DNA of 64,000 nucleotides from NCBI GenBank assembly GCA_028534125.1, contig CM052818.1, positions 18,788,001-18,852,000 on the forward strand, written 5' to 3'. The stretch comes from Lama glama. Lineage: Eukaryota. A model generated the notes under the pieces. That model worked only from the letters and a program-made list of their open reading frames with translations. It was not told where the DNA came from and did no database searches. Of this stretch, positions 40,150 through 54,570 are shown piece by piece; position 1 is the first letter of the stretch, and each line of letters begins with the position of its first letter. A program made the position numbers and the translations under genes.

Positions 40150-43100
40150 GAAAGGCTAAGCAAATAAAAATTTTTTTCTTATAGTTAGGATCCCTAAACA
40201 TTATATTATTTAGCCCTCTAAGTTTTTCAAACATAGAAAATTGAATTGTACTGAAAATTGTTTCCCTGCAAAATCAAATTCATTAACATTATTGCAGCAG
40301 TAATCCATTCATTTTTACAGATGGCTTATATTCTGCCTTACGAATATGACACAACTTATTATACTATTAACATGTTTGTTTGGGGCTATCAGAAGTAGTA
40401 TTGTTATGGACATCCTTGTTTGCACCTCCTGGAACACAACTGCAAAGAATTTTTCTTAAATTCTAAAAGCAGAATGTATGTGAAGGAGTAGAAATATTGG
40501 GTTACAGAGTTTTCTTTTCTTCAACTGCTAATGACAAACTGATACCAGGAATGTATGTGTATTCTGTTTGCTCCGTGTAGTCATCAAAAATAATTTTTTT
40601 TTTGCCAACCTGATAACTATGAAATTGTATTTCCTTGTGGTTCAATTCACATTTCCCAAGTTAGTAATGGGGATGAATATCTCTCATATACAAAAGAAAC
40701 CTAAATGGCAAATATATATAATTTTTTCATCATTTAGATTTCCTCTTCTATTAAATGTCTATTTAAGTCGTCCGTATTGTCTGGATACTAATCCTTATAT
40801 GTGATGCAAATATATTTCCCTAGTTAGATGGCTTGTCTTTTTATTAGTTGCTTATTAATGAAAAAGTTCTTAACTTTAATATGGTAGACTAACCCTTTTC
40901 TTTATGGGTTAAACAAACTGTAATTTGTTTCTCATTTAAAAAGTCCTTCTGTATCTCAAATTCATAAAGGTTCTATCCCTTACTGTCTTCTAAAAGCTGT
41001 ATAGTTACCTTTTGTACTTAAATCTTCAATTCACCAAAAATGTGTATCTGTATTTTTTAATCCAATTTCATTTTTTGACATACGGATATACAATTGTTTC
41101 AGCATCACTTATTTAAAATTTTGTCCTTGTTGGGAGTACCAATCTGTCACTGGCCTTTAGCATCCCTGCACATTATCACCAGGTCTGCCAAGGATGAAAG
41201 GCTTTCACATGGGCCATTGCTTAGAGTGGTGCTTGCTACAAGCAGAACTGAGGAATGACCTAACATTCCATGGACAAAGAGCACAGTCCAAGCTCCATCA
41301 ACATTTCTTCTTCCATTCATGAGTTATTTAGAAGAATATTAATTTCCATGAAAATTTTTTTTCTTACTGATTTCTAACTTAAATGAATTGGTCCACATGA
41401 ACAATTTCTAATTAATTTTAAGTTAAATGAAATGTTCTACAGATATTCATCCTTTGAAATTCTTTGAAACATCCTTTGAAATTCATTGAAACTCCAGTAT
41501 GTGGTTGATCAGCTGATGCTTCCAGTGACTGGAAGAAATATGTCTATTGAATCAAGCTTGTTAATTACATTGTTTAAGCTTTCTATATTCCTACTGTTTT
41601 TTGTTTGTTTTGGTCTGCTTTCTTATTAAATCATGAGGAAGATATATTACAATCTCCCACTATACTGCTGAAATTTATCATTTTTTCCTGGTTAGTTCTA
41701 TTAATTTTTGCTTTATTTGTGGTTATGGTTATTAGTTGCATACAAATTTTAAACTTCTATATATTCTTGGCAAAATGAAACATTTACCATTATGTATCAA
41801 TTCTTTTTATCTCTAGTAATTCTACTTGTCTTAAAAATCTATTTCAAATAATATGCCAGCTTTCATTGCATTAATATTTGCCTGCTATATTCTTTTCCAT
41901 CATTTTACTTACTACATGTTTTCCTTTTGTTTCTTTGCAGTCTGTCCTAAACCACATATAGCTGAACATTTTAAATATAAGGCACAGATATATTTGGATT
42001 TACTTCTATCATCTTATTTGGTGTTCCACTCTTTCTGTTTCTTTCTCTCTTTTCTTGACTTCTTTGGGATTATTTTTTTCTGGTTCCTTTTTTTTTTTTT
42101 TTTTACCATCTACTAGTTTGGAAGTTATATATTTATTTCTATTATTATTATCTTAAAATTTTTACCACACATACTTCTCAAAATCCAGTTACCTGTAATC
42201 TCCTGAGTAAAATAAAAAGATCTTTTGAATACTAGCTCCAATCACCTCTTCCTGGTTTATAACATAACTGGTTTTAGTTTTAGCTTTTTCCCTTTTTTAA
42301 AATCCCACAAGACACTATTATTATTGTTCACACAGTTTTTAAAATTAACTTAATACTTTATTAACATACACTTAGCCACTGTCTTTGATTATCACTCTAC
42401 TTAAGAAGTGGTCTGCTAGTGAACTTACAGATTTCTCTAAGCATGTCTTTATTTTGCCCTTTTTTTTGAAAGCTATTTTTTTGCTAGCTGCAGAATTCTA
42501 GGTTGAAACAGAATAGGTCATAGATTTTAGATTTATTTTCACTGAGTTTTCATTTCATGGTCTCTATTTCTATTACTATTATTCAAACCTGATGATTCTT
42601 TGAAAGTGTTCTGTGTTTTCTCCTAAAAATTTCCCCTTTATTAATCTCTTTTATATTTTCCAATTTCTTGCCTGTGTTGCATTCCGGATTTCTTCAGATT
42701 TATCTTCCATTACATCATTTTTTTCTTCAATGGAGTCCATTTGCTTTTATCTATCCCTTGAATTCTACTTTCAGTTACTGTATATTTTCATTTCTAGAAC
42801 TTCTGCTTCTTTTACAAAATGTTTGCTCTTTTCCTCATTTTTAAGTTTCACTGAACATATGCTTATTTTATATTTTATATCTGATAATTCCAAGATGTGA
42901 ACCACTTACATGTCTGATTCTACTGATTCTCTTATACTGTGCCCTGGTTCCTTAGATGGTTTGTCAATTTTTATTTTAACCAACTTAATTTTTTTTCCTT
43001 TTTTCAATTTTATCAGGTAGAATTATTACAGTTTGACTGCACATACACATTATATTGCATGTAAATACATATATACAATATACTGCATTTTTTTAGTTTA

Positions 43101-43860
43101 CATATATGTACTGATCATTGTTCTAAGAACAGATTAGAGCTTTAGCTTTTTAAACTTACATAGTTATCAAAGAATAAGGCCAACCACCAAGTAAAAATCA
43201 ACAGAATGTGGCAATCCAATCATAAAGGACAGTCAAATGTACTTACACATATTTAAGAAATCAATCATCTATTGAGCAACTTATTTTCATTAGAACTTTA
43301 TCAACAGGAATTCTTTGAAGATGATGATTTGTACTGCTTCCGTCAGGCCCCTGGGAGTAGTAACAATCCAAGACCATTTAAAATTCTTAGCTTATGGTTT
43401 AGTGTGAATTCAGGCTGCAAACCAGTGTGAGGGCTGGTTTTTGGTAACAAACTTCTAGTAGAAATTTTTAAATTTTTCCTGTTAGGAGCAATATTCTAGA
43501 AAGATAATTTTCTTTGTTGAGAAAGAATTTCTTGATCACTCTTACACCTAGAAGGTATATAGCCCTATGGAGAAGGGCTATTATTGGAGAAGACTATTTC
43601 CTGCTTCATGTTTTACTTTGGCTGGGTCTGGGCTTTGCTTCCTGATCCCTGAGCCCCTACAAGGCCAGGAAAACAGAAGCTCACTTGATTTGGTAAGTAT
43701 CCTCCAGGCAATAGCCAGCTTCAGTTACTCAGCTTACCTCACTGGATTTTCAATTAGTGATTGGTCTAAACATTCTTTAATATTCATGCATTTTATCCAG
43801 CATTTTAGGTTGTTTTCTGCAGAAAGGCTTGTCTGGCAGTAGGTAGAAGACATTTCTCTG
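40150..43860 (-). mobile_element. Fragmented ancient L1 block, with an LTR41-like fragment at ~41128-41290
   Basis: T-rich antisense L1 motifs throughout; tgttgggagtaccaatctgtcactggcctttagcatccctgcacatt is LTR-like. Confidence 0.6.
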
Positions 43861-44379
43861 GAGGTGAAAGGTGGTTATCAAAAACTGTGTGTACATTTTT
43901 TTAAAAGGGTGCTTCTTCTCATCCTTTTTAAAAATCATACTGTTTAAATATAGCAAAGATGTTTTAACCCCTTAACTATGATTCAGGGTATTATAAACAA
44001 AGACTTGGTAAAGAATAACACACGGATTACTCAAATATATAGGACTATTTGCCACTTTCTTAGTGTTTCTCAAATCAGAGTGTCCCATGGACACTCTGGG
44101 GGTGGGGCACAAGTTTCGCAAATTTTCATTTTGTGCTTTCATTTCAAAACTATAAAGAGAAAATAGAAGCCTTAAAAAAAAAAACTACCTTAGAAACTAA
44201 AGCCGAAGATTTTTAAAATGGGATCTATAATAGTTTCCTTTAAAAGGGATCCACATATTATTCCAGTTATAAATATTGCTCCACACTAGAAGGCCTCACA
44301 TTGCTATGCTTCAGTTACTGGATTAAACCTAAGTTCTATATCCTAGTCCTCAGCTGTATTGTAGTCACTGTACCTGATT

Positions 44380-44735
44380 ATATAGGTATATGATCCCTTA
44401 TCTAAAATCCTTGAAGGCAGATATATTTCAGAATTCAGAATATTCTGGATTTTAGAAAGGGGCTATAAGGCACATGTGACATGTTATATGATGTGTCAGT
44501 GAGGTCTGAGGTAGCACCCCATAATAAACATATGAATACTTCTGCACCAAAATGTATATTCACACTAAGAGGGGAGTAAATAAAGACCATCCATAGCTTT
44601 ATTATCAGTTCAGATCATGTTTTATCACTAAACAGGTGAATGTTTTATCACTAAACATTAACTAAACAGGTTAATAGAAGTTTTGGCTTTCAAAGTATTT
44701 TGGATTTCTAAATCATGGAGATACAATTATAAAAC
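44380..44735. mobile_element. Old TcMar-Tigger-type DNA transposon remnant
   Basis: taggtatatgatcccttatctaaaatcc...tttcagaattcagaatattctggattttagaaag...ttttggctttcaaagtattttggattt. Confidence 0.55.
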
Positions 44736-46123
44736 CATTATCTGCTACAGACTGGAAAAATCAGATAAATTTCATTAGAATGTCAAATAAATAAGATCTG
44801 ATAAGGTAAGGAATTCACCTTAAGGTGCATGAACTTAATGTATAAACTTCGTAATCTTTTCCCCCAGCTACTGAGGAGTACCTTTTTGTCTCTACTTGTG
44901 TTTTAACTATTGAGGATACAGCATTAAGTAACCTCCTGAGAAGCAGGAAATGTATTATATTATGAATTTTAAAATGTCAGATGCACCTAAATGTATACAG
45001 AAATTTAAAATACATTCCAAAGCTAACATATTAGCTATATCAGATTAAGTTTTAGTATCTTTACATTTAACAATGTAGATAAAAGATAAAGACGTAAGAT
45101 AGAGATAAGAGGTACACTGTTCAGAACAATCTCTCCTGGTCCTTTGCTAAAGAGTTTCGAGAAACCTTTCACTCTTACTACACTAATGGCTCTGTTGTCA
45201 CAGTTGTTAGATTCTACGGTAATATAGCATAGAACTGTAAAACAAAAGGCTTCTTCCTTGAGAAAGGAATATGTAATACGAAAAGATACTGAACAGAAAT
45301 TTGAGGGGGCAGTATATTTAAAGTTAAAATTGTGAAAGATAAGCAATTTCATTTTATAAAAATATTTACATCTGGTGGCAGTGAAGTAGAAGGTTGAGAA
45401 TATGAGCTGAGAAGAGATACTGCCTGGATTCAAATCCCAGCTCTGCCACTCAACAGGGTATAAGGCCTATCAATTCAGAATTCTAACTGTCCCTATTTTC
45501 AATAAGACTGTTAGTACAAATTAAATGAGAATATAAAGCACTTAGAACAAAGGTAGAGGGTAAGTACACAATGAATACTAGCTACAGAGATAATTATAAC
45601 TTATTTATATTTAAAATTATTATTAGCATTCTTTCTAAAATAGTACATTTATAAATGTTGTATCTCTCAAATACAAAAAAATTAGGGTACAAAAGCAGTA
45701 ACAATACTTTGTTTTGAAGTTTGGAAATTAAAAAAAAAATCTAGTATTAAGGATGGGTCTCCCTTATGTTCAATGATACCCTCTGGTAAGGTAGCCAATT
45801 GGAATTAGGACTTCTCAGAAGAGTGCTGCAATAACAGTTTCATCATTTTCTTTACAATGTGACTTTCACTTCCTTATTCTATCTGTTTCCATGAACTTTG
45901 TTATGTCATGTCAACTTTTTACCAATCACGCTACATGACAGAAACTTTCTTCAGATCTCTCTAGTTTAAATAATCTAAAAGAATTTAAACCATACAAACT
46001 TTCAGAACTTTTTTTAGTATTTTTTAATTAATGGCCCCAAAAGAGTCTAAGTTCCTTTACTATCAGCTCTGCCTGATGCTAACATTCTAACACACAAAAA
46101 AAGAATTTATAAAAATATTAAGT

Positions 46124-46245
46124 GGGGAGGGTACAGCTCAAGTGGTAGAGCACATGCTTAGCATGCAGGAGGTCCTGGGTTCAACCCTCAGTACCTTCTC
46201 TAAAAAATAAATAAATAAACCTAATCACCACCACCCCCAAAATTA
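46124..46245 (+). mobile_element. tRNA-derived SINE (Vic-1-like)
   Basis: ggggagggtacagctcaagtggtagagcacatgcttagcatgcaggaggtcctgggttcaaccctcagtacc plus aaataaataaacctaatcacc tail. Confidence 0.9.
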
Positions 46246-49200
46246 AGTAAATAATTACACTATCTCTGAAATAAAAAATGTTGAGTTTTCACTAGTAATG
46301 ACATTCTTAGTAACAAAAAGATATAGAGGCAAATATAATGCTATAATCAAAACAGGACAGAGATACACATATTTACATATAATTACATTTATTTGTATCC
46401 AACTAATTCAGCATCTACCATCTTGTTACAGAACCCCTATAAGTTAAAATATTCAAAATAATAATTTATTCCAAGATATTACTTTCCAGATATTACTTAT
46501 ATTGTATATTTCAGGATAGCTGCAATACTTAAAAAATATGGACCTGTGTATAAAATTTATTTAATGACCCCAAAAAATCAGATCCTCAGTCCAGCAATTC
46601 TCATAAACATAAAAGTTTTTATAGTGAATACTTTAGTATTATAAATCCATAGCAAATAAAAAATTACTGCAATTAATTCAGTTCTATTAATGATGTGTTT
46701 AATACTTTTAAAAAGTGCTTTTCAAATTATATTATTGAATCTCTTCATGTTACATTTTTCAATTTTAAGTAAGTTTTTATCTTACTCATATTATAGTTCT
46801 TAGAATCCTAAATCTATAAGTTATTGTTTGTAAGATAATTTTCTAATGTTAAATATGTTATTTAAGAATCCTTATTAGGAAATAAATAGCACTGAAAAAT
46901 ACATCAAAATAAAATATGATAGTAATTTTTGATACTTCAAAGCAAATTTATTACAATTTATTTTTTCCTGGCACCCTTGAGCCAATCATTGAATATTTCT
47001 TTCCTCATTATACAGAAAGGGTAAATGACAAAAATCAATTTTGCTGTTTCTGAAAAGTTTTTATTACACTGGGGTGAAAGGGAACCATGCCATTCATTAT
47101 GTTTTATTAGAATGGGAATGAAGTTGAAACCAACTCTTGAGCAATTGTGCTGAGAGGCCCTGAAGAAGACTGGCAATCAGTGCCATGCTTAAAGTAAGGG
47201 ATGATTAATCTTGAACAACATGGCAGCATCTGACCTAAAGTAGTTTCTCATTTTCACCCTACTAGTCAACTTCCTACTTAAAATCAGTCTCATAAATACT
47301 CTAAACATCTGAATTCCCGAAGTGTGTGACAAATGAATATGATTTTTGGTTATATTTAAGTATATACATTCATAATTTCTAATTCTGTCTTTTTACATGG
47401 TCTTAAGACATTTGCAAACTTCTACTGTCTCGCCATTTTACCTCTCACCAAGAACTTAATGTCATCAATAACTTAATCTTAGAAATGTCAAAGAGCAAGC
47501 AGAAAGTAAGCCCCTTCTCAGATTTGTGGCTTTTCCATCCAATTGCTTTAAAGTAACCAATATAAAAAACCATATGCTCGACTAAGACAACCCTAGCAGA
47601 GGCTGTCATTCACTTAGCTCAGATCACTAAACAATGATTTCCATAGGGGGAAAAAAACCTACTACAGAGTTACAGCATAGTATAGAAATCCAAATGTTTG
47701 TGAATTTTATTAGAACTGCCTGGCAATTACTTCAATTCTTTAATTTAAGCTTTGTCTCCAAACAAGATTTCCTATATAATAAAAGGAATTTCCATTCAAT
47801 TTCCCTCTCCTTTCCTCACTTTTAATCTCCTTAGGAATAAACCATTTACTCAAGACTGGAATCCACATTATTACATTTCCTAGATTTATTCAACAGTATA
47901 ATAAGCTTATTATAATAAGCTCAATATAAAATATTTTAGCAGTTTACAGATAACTTTTCAAAATCTTGAGAGTTCCTCATTTTTCAAAAACGAAAACAAT
48001 TTTCTCATTAATTTATCACAGCAAAAATAAAGTGCAACACCTACTGAGCACATATCATTTGCAAGGCATTGTGTAACAAATCTAAGGCTAGAACTTTAAA
48101 GATATTCTATTAATGCAAAGTATCTGATAACTCTGGTACTCATCAGGTAAGAAAAAAATAGGACACATAAAAGGAACTCACAACCTTTCCTACAATACAT
48201 TCTTTGTTTTGATTAAGATTCTCTATTATAAATACTGTCTATCTCATAAAATCCAAAATTGAGGTTAGAGGGTAGATTCAAATCCCAAATGTACTACTGC
48301 AAAAAGACGTATGTTTGATTATAATGCTACATGATGTCATGTATCCAGGACAACAGAAGCATTATGGTCTCTTAGGGATAAAACTGCCTCTTGGTCATAG
48401 ATTTAGGTGACACAGCATGTGATCCATTGTCTCTAAACAAAAAATGTGTGCAGCTGCATTTTCGAGTCAAGAAAGGGGGAAGGGCGGGGGGAGGAATGCA
48501 GAATACAAAAGGGTCAAAGATTTGTCTCATAGGGAAACTGTTTTTCAAATAGGGGTAAAAAAATAATAATAAAATAAAATAGAGTGTGTGGGCAGGGGAC
48601 TATTTCTCCAACTCTTGCTAAAAGCAGAAAACAGTAAAATCTGGAGGGGAAAAATCTGTTGTAATAATCTTCCACTGAATCCACTTTTCTCCGAAATTAA
48701 CTTGCCCAGATACATTGTGTAAACCATGGTTCAAATGACACTTCTATCTAAATAAGTTTGTTCTATTTGTACACAGCATATAGAGTTTTCCTACACATTG
48801 TTGCAGCATTTGCCTCCAAAACAAAATGTCTCAGTTGTTCATCAGTTTCTCAGGGAAGTTAAAATGAAGCAATAGCTTAATAAGTTAAAAAAAAAAAAAA
48901 GCACATTTGCTTCTAACCGGTAAACAAATCTGATACTTTCTGTGTAAAGACCAAATACTTTTTTTTCACAATGAATCCCTAGCACATCATCCTGCCTTTC
49001 AGAGACAAATAATGATTTCATAGAACAGCAGTACTACAACAGTTCTAAATTGAGCACAAATTGTTTTCTGTCAAGAGAAATTGCTATTTCTAATAATTAC
49101 TTTTAAAAAGTTGATGACAAAATAATTTGTAAACTTCTATTAGTATCTAAAACATAACACTAGTTTACCTTACATGTTATTAAATACAATGACAGAAAAA

Positions 49201-49385
49201 AAGCACCACTAGCTCTAAGAGTAAATCTAGCTGAGAAAACTCATCTCCTCAACTTTTGGGATTGAAATCAATGCCATGTCTAAACAAAAATATGTTAAAG
49301 GCTAGAAAAAACTGACAGCACAGACATTAAAAAATAAAAAACAACACAAAAAACAATATCCACGAATGGAGGGAAAAATCCTTAC

Positions 49386-49520
49386 CATCTAGAATTTGAA
49401 GCAATATCACCTGTGGTACAAACTATATAGTGACCAATTAGCCAAACAGCACTCTGGTTTTTTAATAGCCCTGAAATTGCACTTAAAAAGTTATTTTGAA
49501 AGGAACAAAGTTACAGAAAC
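49386..49520 (-). other. FOXN2: FOXN2 non-coding exon 2 (5'UTR)
   Basis: Acceptor tgttgactttcag|G at 49521 and strong donor TAGATG|gtaagg at 49385; 135 nt of unique non-repeat sequence. Resembles my recollection of the human FOXN2 5'UTR exon. Possible internal acceptors at 49471 and 49411. Confidence 0.8.
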
Positions 49521-52500
49521 CTGAAAGTCAACAGATCTAATACCCTAAAGCACAAAGATAAACTTGGTTGGCATTTGAGTACAAACAGGTGGTATTCTTT
49601 GCCATCAAAATTTATGTGTAATATGATTTTCAATGCCTTGAATATAAGCCATAATTAGTCAGCCATGCAGTAAATCTACAGTGAATTACACTGTTCTACT
49701 GAAAATAACATCTTTTAAAAGAAGATTCATGATCAAAATAAATTTAATAAAGGCAGTCAATGATATCTCACTTTACTAATTGCTCCCATGTCAAATTTGG
49801 AAAGCAAGATTAAAACTTAAGACTGTATACTAGTTGATTTAATATCATGATTTTATAAGTCATTTCTAAGAACACAATAGAAGTATAATTTAACACAGAA
49901 TTAAGTCCTTTTTAAATAGGACTAAACTAATGCTATATGTACATTTACTGAAGTAAAATATATTTATGCTAAAAATGATCAGATATGTGTTATTACATAG
50001 GCTATCTCCAGAGCATTTTAGAAAGTAATACTTAACGATAATAATCATTCAAGTTTCTAAATAAACCTACATGGAATATAACCCAAATTCTAAGAGCCCA
50101 CATCAACTGCAGCTGCGCACAACTACAGCGAACTAGTCTAGTTGTCATTACTAGCAGACAGGATCAGCAACTGAGTGGATGCTAGTTCCATTTGATAATA
50201 CAGAGATCACTGAAAGAGAAAATGGCTGTTTTTCTCCTTGGAGGTAGATCAATGATTGTGGCGGCGTTTTTGTTTTTTGTTTTGACCTGTTGAGTTTGAG
50301 ATGCTTGTGAGCTTTTAAGCAGAGTGGGCATTTGGGACATATGTGATCTAAAGTTCAGGGGAGAGGTCTGGTCTGGTATTTTGGAGTAGTTAAATCTGAA
50401 ATCTGCCCATCTCTCTCCCACTTTCACAGTCACTACTATAGTCCAGATCAACATCATCTCTCATCTAGACCACTACAATGGTAGTCTACACGAGGACCCT
50501 AACCCTATGGCTGTGTTTGGCACAAACATATGCAGTGGCTCTGACAGTATCTTCCTAAATTAGTCTCCTTGCGTTATATGCCTGATTATCCTAATTTGTT
50601 CTCTATAATACAGTTTAGAGTATCTTTTAGAATGCAAATCAGAAAATGTCCCTTTCTTGCTTATTCCATCAAGGGGACCCTTAGGTCAAAGTCCAAAGTC
50701 CTTAACCTTGTGTACCAGAGACCCTGCCTAACCTCTCTGGCCTATCTTTTGCCACTCTCTCCTTTGCTCCCCCCATTTTAGATGTCTGAATAGGCCATGC
50801 TTTCTCCTCCCTCAGGGTGTTTACAAATGCTACTCCCTTTGCCTCAAAACACACTTCCTTTTACCTAGCCCAGGCTAACTGCAATCATTCACATTTCAGC
50901 CTAAAAATCGTAAGGAAAACTTTCTCTAACATCCCAGACTACAGAGGGTCACAAGTTCTTTTCTTTCATAATATCCTATACTCTTTGATAATATTTGTCA
51001 CACTTGAGATGGCTTAATACATATCTTTCCTGACTTACTGAAAGCTCCATAATGGCAGACAAAACAGCTGTCTGTCTTATTTACTGCTCAAATATTTGTT
51101 GTCTGACAGATCTTGATTCCAGCTCTGCTACTACGTAACTGTGACATCTATAAAATGAGATGGCTGAACTTTCATTCTACAAGAATCTAAATGCTATTAA
51201 AAACTGAAATTCAACTACTACTAGCTTTCCTGTAGATACAGACATGGTTAAGACATATCTTTCCTGCTAGTAGGTGTATTTCCTATATGTGTGTAAGTGT
51301 GTGTGTATAAATTATGTACACCTAATTTATGTAAGTGAGATCTAGTACTTTTACATAAAAAACTCATTGGCTACTTACTGATACCATGGATCATGTAAAG
51401 TGCTTTACTAGTATTAACTCTTTTAATTTAACAACCCTACCAGGTAATTGCTATTATTAGTGTCCATTTTGTGTAGAAACAGATGCAGAGAGATTAAATA
51501 GTACGCCTAAAATCACAAACCTTGAAGTAGCACAATTGGCAAGTAACCTCAGGGAATGTGGCTCCAGAGCTAACATTCTTCATTTCTACACTAGCTGCCA
51601 TCTTACTAAATGCCTAAATGGCTTCATAAGTACAAAAAAATCAAAAAACAAAAAAAAAATACTCTCAGCAATTCATCTGACTCAATATTTACATTCTCAA
51701 ACTAATGTTCATCTACTTGAAGTTAGTCCAAACAAGACTAATCCTGTTGAAATACTTCCTGTACATTTCTCTTGTTACATGCTTGCCCCTGCTATTCCAA
51801 GCATCTGGATTGCCTACCTTCTCTATCACCACTCAGTCAAAACCCTAAAATTTAAGGCCCCATTTAATGACAATTTCTCTACATAATTTCTATTTGAACT
51901 TCTTTTAGGGATTTTTTATCTCTCCTACAATGCTCCAATTGCATTTATATGTCCTCATTTTAAAGTAGTTATTTGTGTCAACAGCTCAAAAGAAACAAAT
52001 GACATGAAATCCCCTTATGAACACTAAAGTTCTATATCTTAAAAAGTATTTAATCCAGACTAAACCAAAATCCAGAGAAAGAGACTAGAAAACAATGGGC
52101 TCACACCCCTGAGCAGAGCACCTCAGGCAAGCACAACCTGGCTCTAACCAGCTGCCAACTAGATTAGAAAAAGGTAAAACTGTACTCAACTTATACTGCA
52201 TTTATATGTTTTATTTTTATTTAAACAAAGGAGGTATGCTAAACCAAACTACATGGAACAAAAAATTGAAGGGTAAAATATGACATTCATTAAAAAAAAA
52301 TTTACTGAGCACTTAACATTCAAGTACAGAATATTATGCTAGACACTACATTCCATTCAGCTTCGTGATGTTTTCACTTTCTAAATTTCAGTTCTCTACT
52401 TAAGAAGTATTAGGAAAATAGCTTTATCACAAAAGAAAACTTTTAAACATTATATTTTAATTCTATCTGAATAAAATGCTATTTTGAAGTAGTAACTGAA

Positions 52501-54461
52501 GGAAGTCTACTGTTAATCCATTTGTATGAACAACTATTAGAGGAAAAGTTTGACAAAAACAGAGATAAAGAGTCATTAAAGGCACTGACACACCATAATA
52601 AACCTCCATTATGACTATAAAATCTACCCCATTCAATCCCACTCCTTGGGGAAAGTTCCTACTCCGTGTTCCCACAATACTGGAATCTATATCTAGAAGG
52701 GTATGTCACACACTGCAGTTATTTATTGACATGCATCTGATTCTTAACACATAGTAAGCATTTGATTTTTGTAAAATGAGTATCTTCACCTTGTACAAAT
52801 TAAATTTTTGTTCTCCTAAACATCAAGAGAATTTCCCTTTAGGCATTCTATGTCTTATTTCTGAATTATCATCTTTGTATTAGGGAAAATCAACAAATTA
52901 TGTTCTCAAAACTCTAAACAATCAATATTAAGCTATTAAACCCAATTATTTCTCCATAATTTAAGAACGGCCCTATGCATACATAAAGTAGCTTAGCTTT
53001 TAAATATTGTAAAAAGCTAAAGCATTAAAAGTCAAAGTACTAACACTTATGTATTTGCAGCAAAAAGATAATCCCATAACCCTTACACAATTTCCCAAAG
53101 GATCTTTAATAGATTCTTAAATGTTCTCTCAATTATGAAGAAATAATCAAGGGAAAACAACAGGTTCAGAACTTTGTGACATATATAGACAACCAGTGGA
53201 CGGTATTAAGTGGCAATAATTTCAGAGGAAATAAAAAAATTTTGCCAAGGTCTCAGGGGGAAAAAATGTTACCATAGGATACAGACACCTTTGAGGAAAA
53301 AGAAAAAAAAAAAAAAGAAAAGGAAAAAAAGATACGACCATTTCCGAAATTAAAATGATCAGGAAGAGGATTATGCGAAGATGGCAGCTCTGGTGGCAGC
53401 AAATTTTTGATTCCTTGAAAATCTTCACATAAAAACAGGCAGAGCAACTAGACAGCAAACCCCAAACCAATAGGTAATATTTACAACAAAACTATTTAAC
53501 AAAGTCTCCCCACAAATGCCAAAATACAAAGGAATGAAACAAATCACCAATAGCCCCAGGCTTATTTTCTAGGTGTCTAAGTGAGAGAAAACAGGGAAGC
53601 AATACGGTAATTGAGGGACTGGAGAAAAGAAGCACAAAGCAGTCAAAAGGTATTCACTAGAAAGCACTGAGAGACAACTTGTGAACAGAAGCTGAAACGA
53701 TTCCAAGAGTGGGTGAGTGCAAAGGGGTCCGTCCACAGTAAGGCCTTTAGGCTAGTAACAATCTAGTCCCTTCGAGCTCTCGAAACTGACATTTGGGGCC
53801 CTCTTCCAAGATAGATCCTACACTAAAGAGGCAGGGCTGGGCATAGAAACAAAATTGAGCATGATAGGGAAAAACAAAATGAAGGAAAGAGGGTCCAGAT
53901 GGAATAGCTAGAAGTGTTTTTAGATTGTATGACAGAATCACATAGACAAATGTATCTGTTCTTTAACAAAAGAACGCCATGCAATTCCAGAAAAACTATA
54001 GGCCTAATAAATCTAAAATCTTTAGTATAATGGCCTGTAAGTTCCCTAAACCACCCCAAGATTCCTGAATATGCAATGCTCTTTACATCTTTGTGCTCTT
54101 AGATGTATTTAAGGTTCTCCATCCCATGTTTTAGAACTGCTCAAAGTCATCTCCCTAGGAGACTTCCTTGAATTATTTGTTTTGTCCAATCATGCTTCCT
54201 TAGCATCTTATATGGAACCCTATCATAGAACTTACTTGCTATTTCTGGTTACTCACAATTACTTGTTTACCTTTCCAATTCAGCCACTAGAACAGTAGTT
54301 TTCCAACTTTTGATGCTATCCCACAATCAGAAGTACATTTTTATGAGACCCATGATATGCTTACATATATAACTGAAGCAAAATGAAATCAACAACTTTT
54401 ACCACGTACAACACGTTGAAATTTTCTATTTGATTGTATTTTGGGGTGGTAGGATGGTCAG

Positions 54462-54570
54462 GTGGGGGAGGGTAATTAGGTTTCATTCATTCATTTTTTT
54501 TTTAATGGGGCTTGAATCCAGGACCTCGTGCATATTATGCCTGCACTCTACCACTGAGCTATACCCTCCC
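54462..54570 (-). mobile_element. tRNA-derived SINE (Vic-1-like)
   Basis: gggagggtaattaggttt...tgaatccaggacctcgtgcat...ctctaccactgagctataccctccc. Confidence 0.88.

Noticed and set aside
41448..41491. 22-bp tandem duplication (similar ones at ~17085-17195, ~22590-22618 and ~44617-44655)
   Set aside because: Ordinary slippage duplications in repeat or AT-rich intronic DNA. Two units only, not an array.
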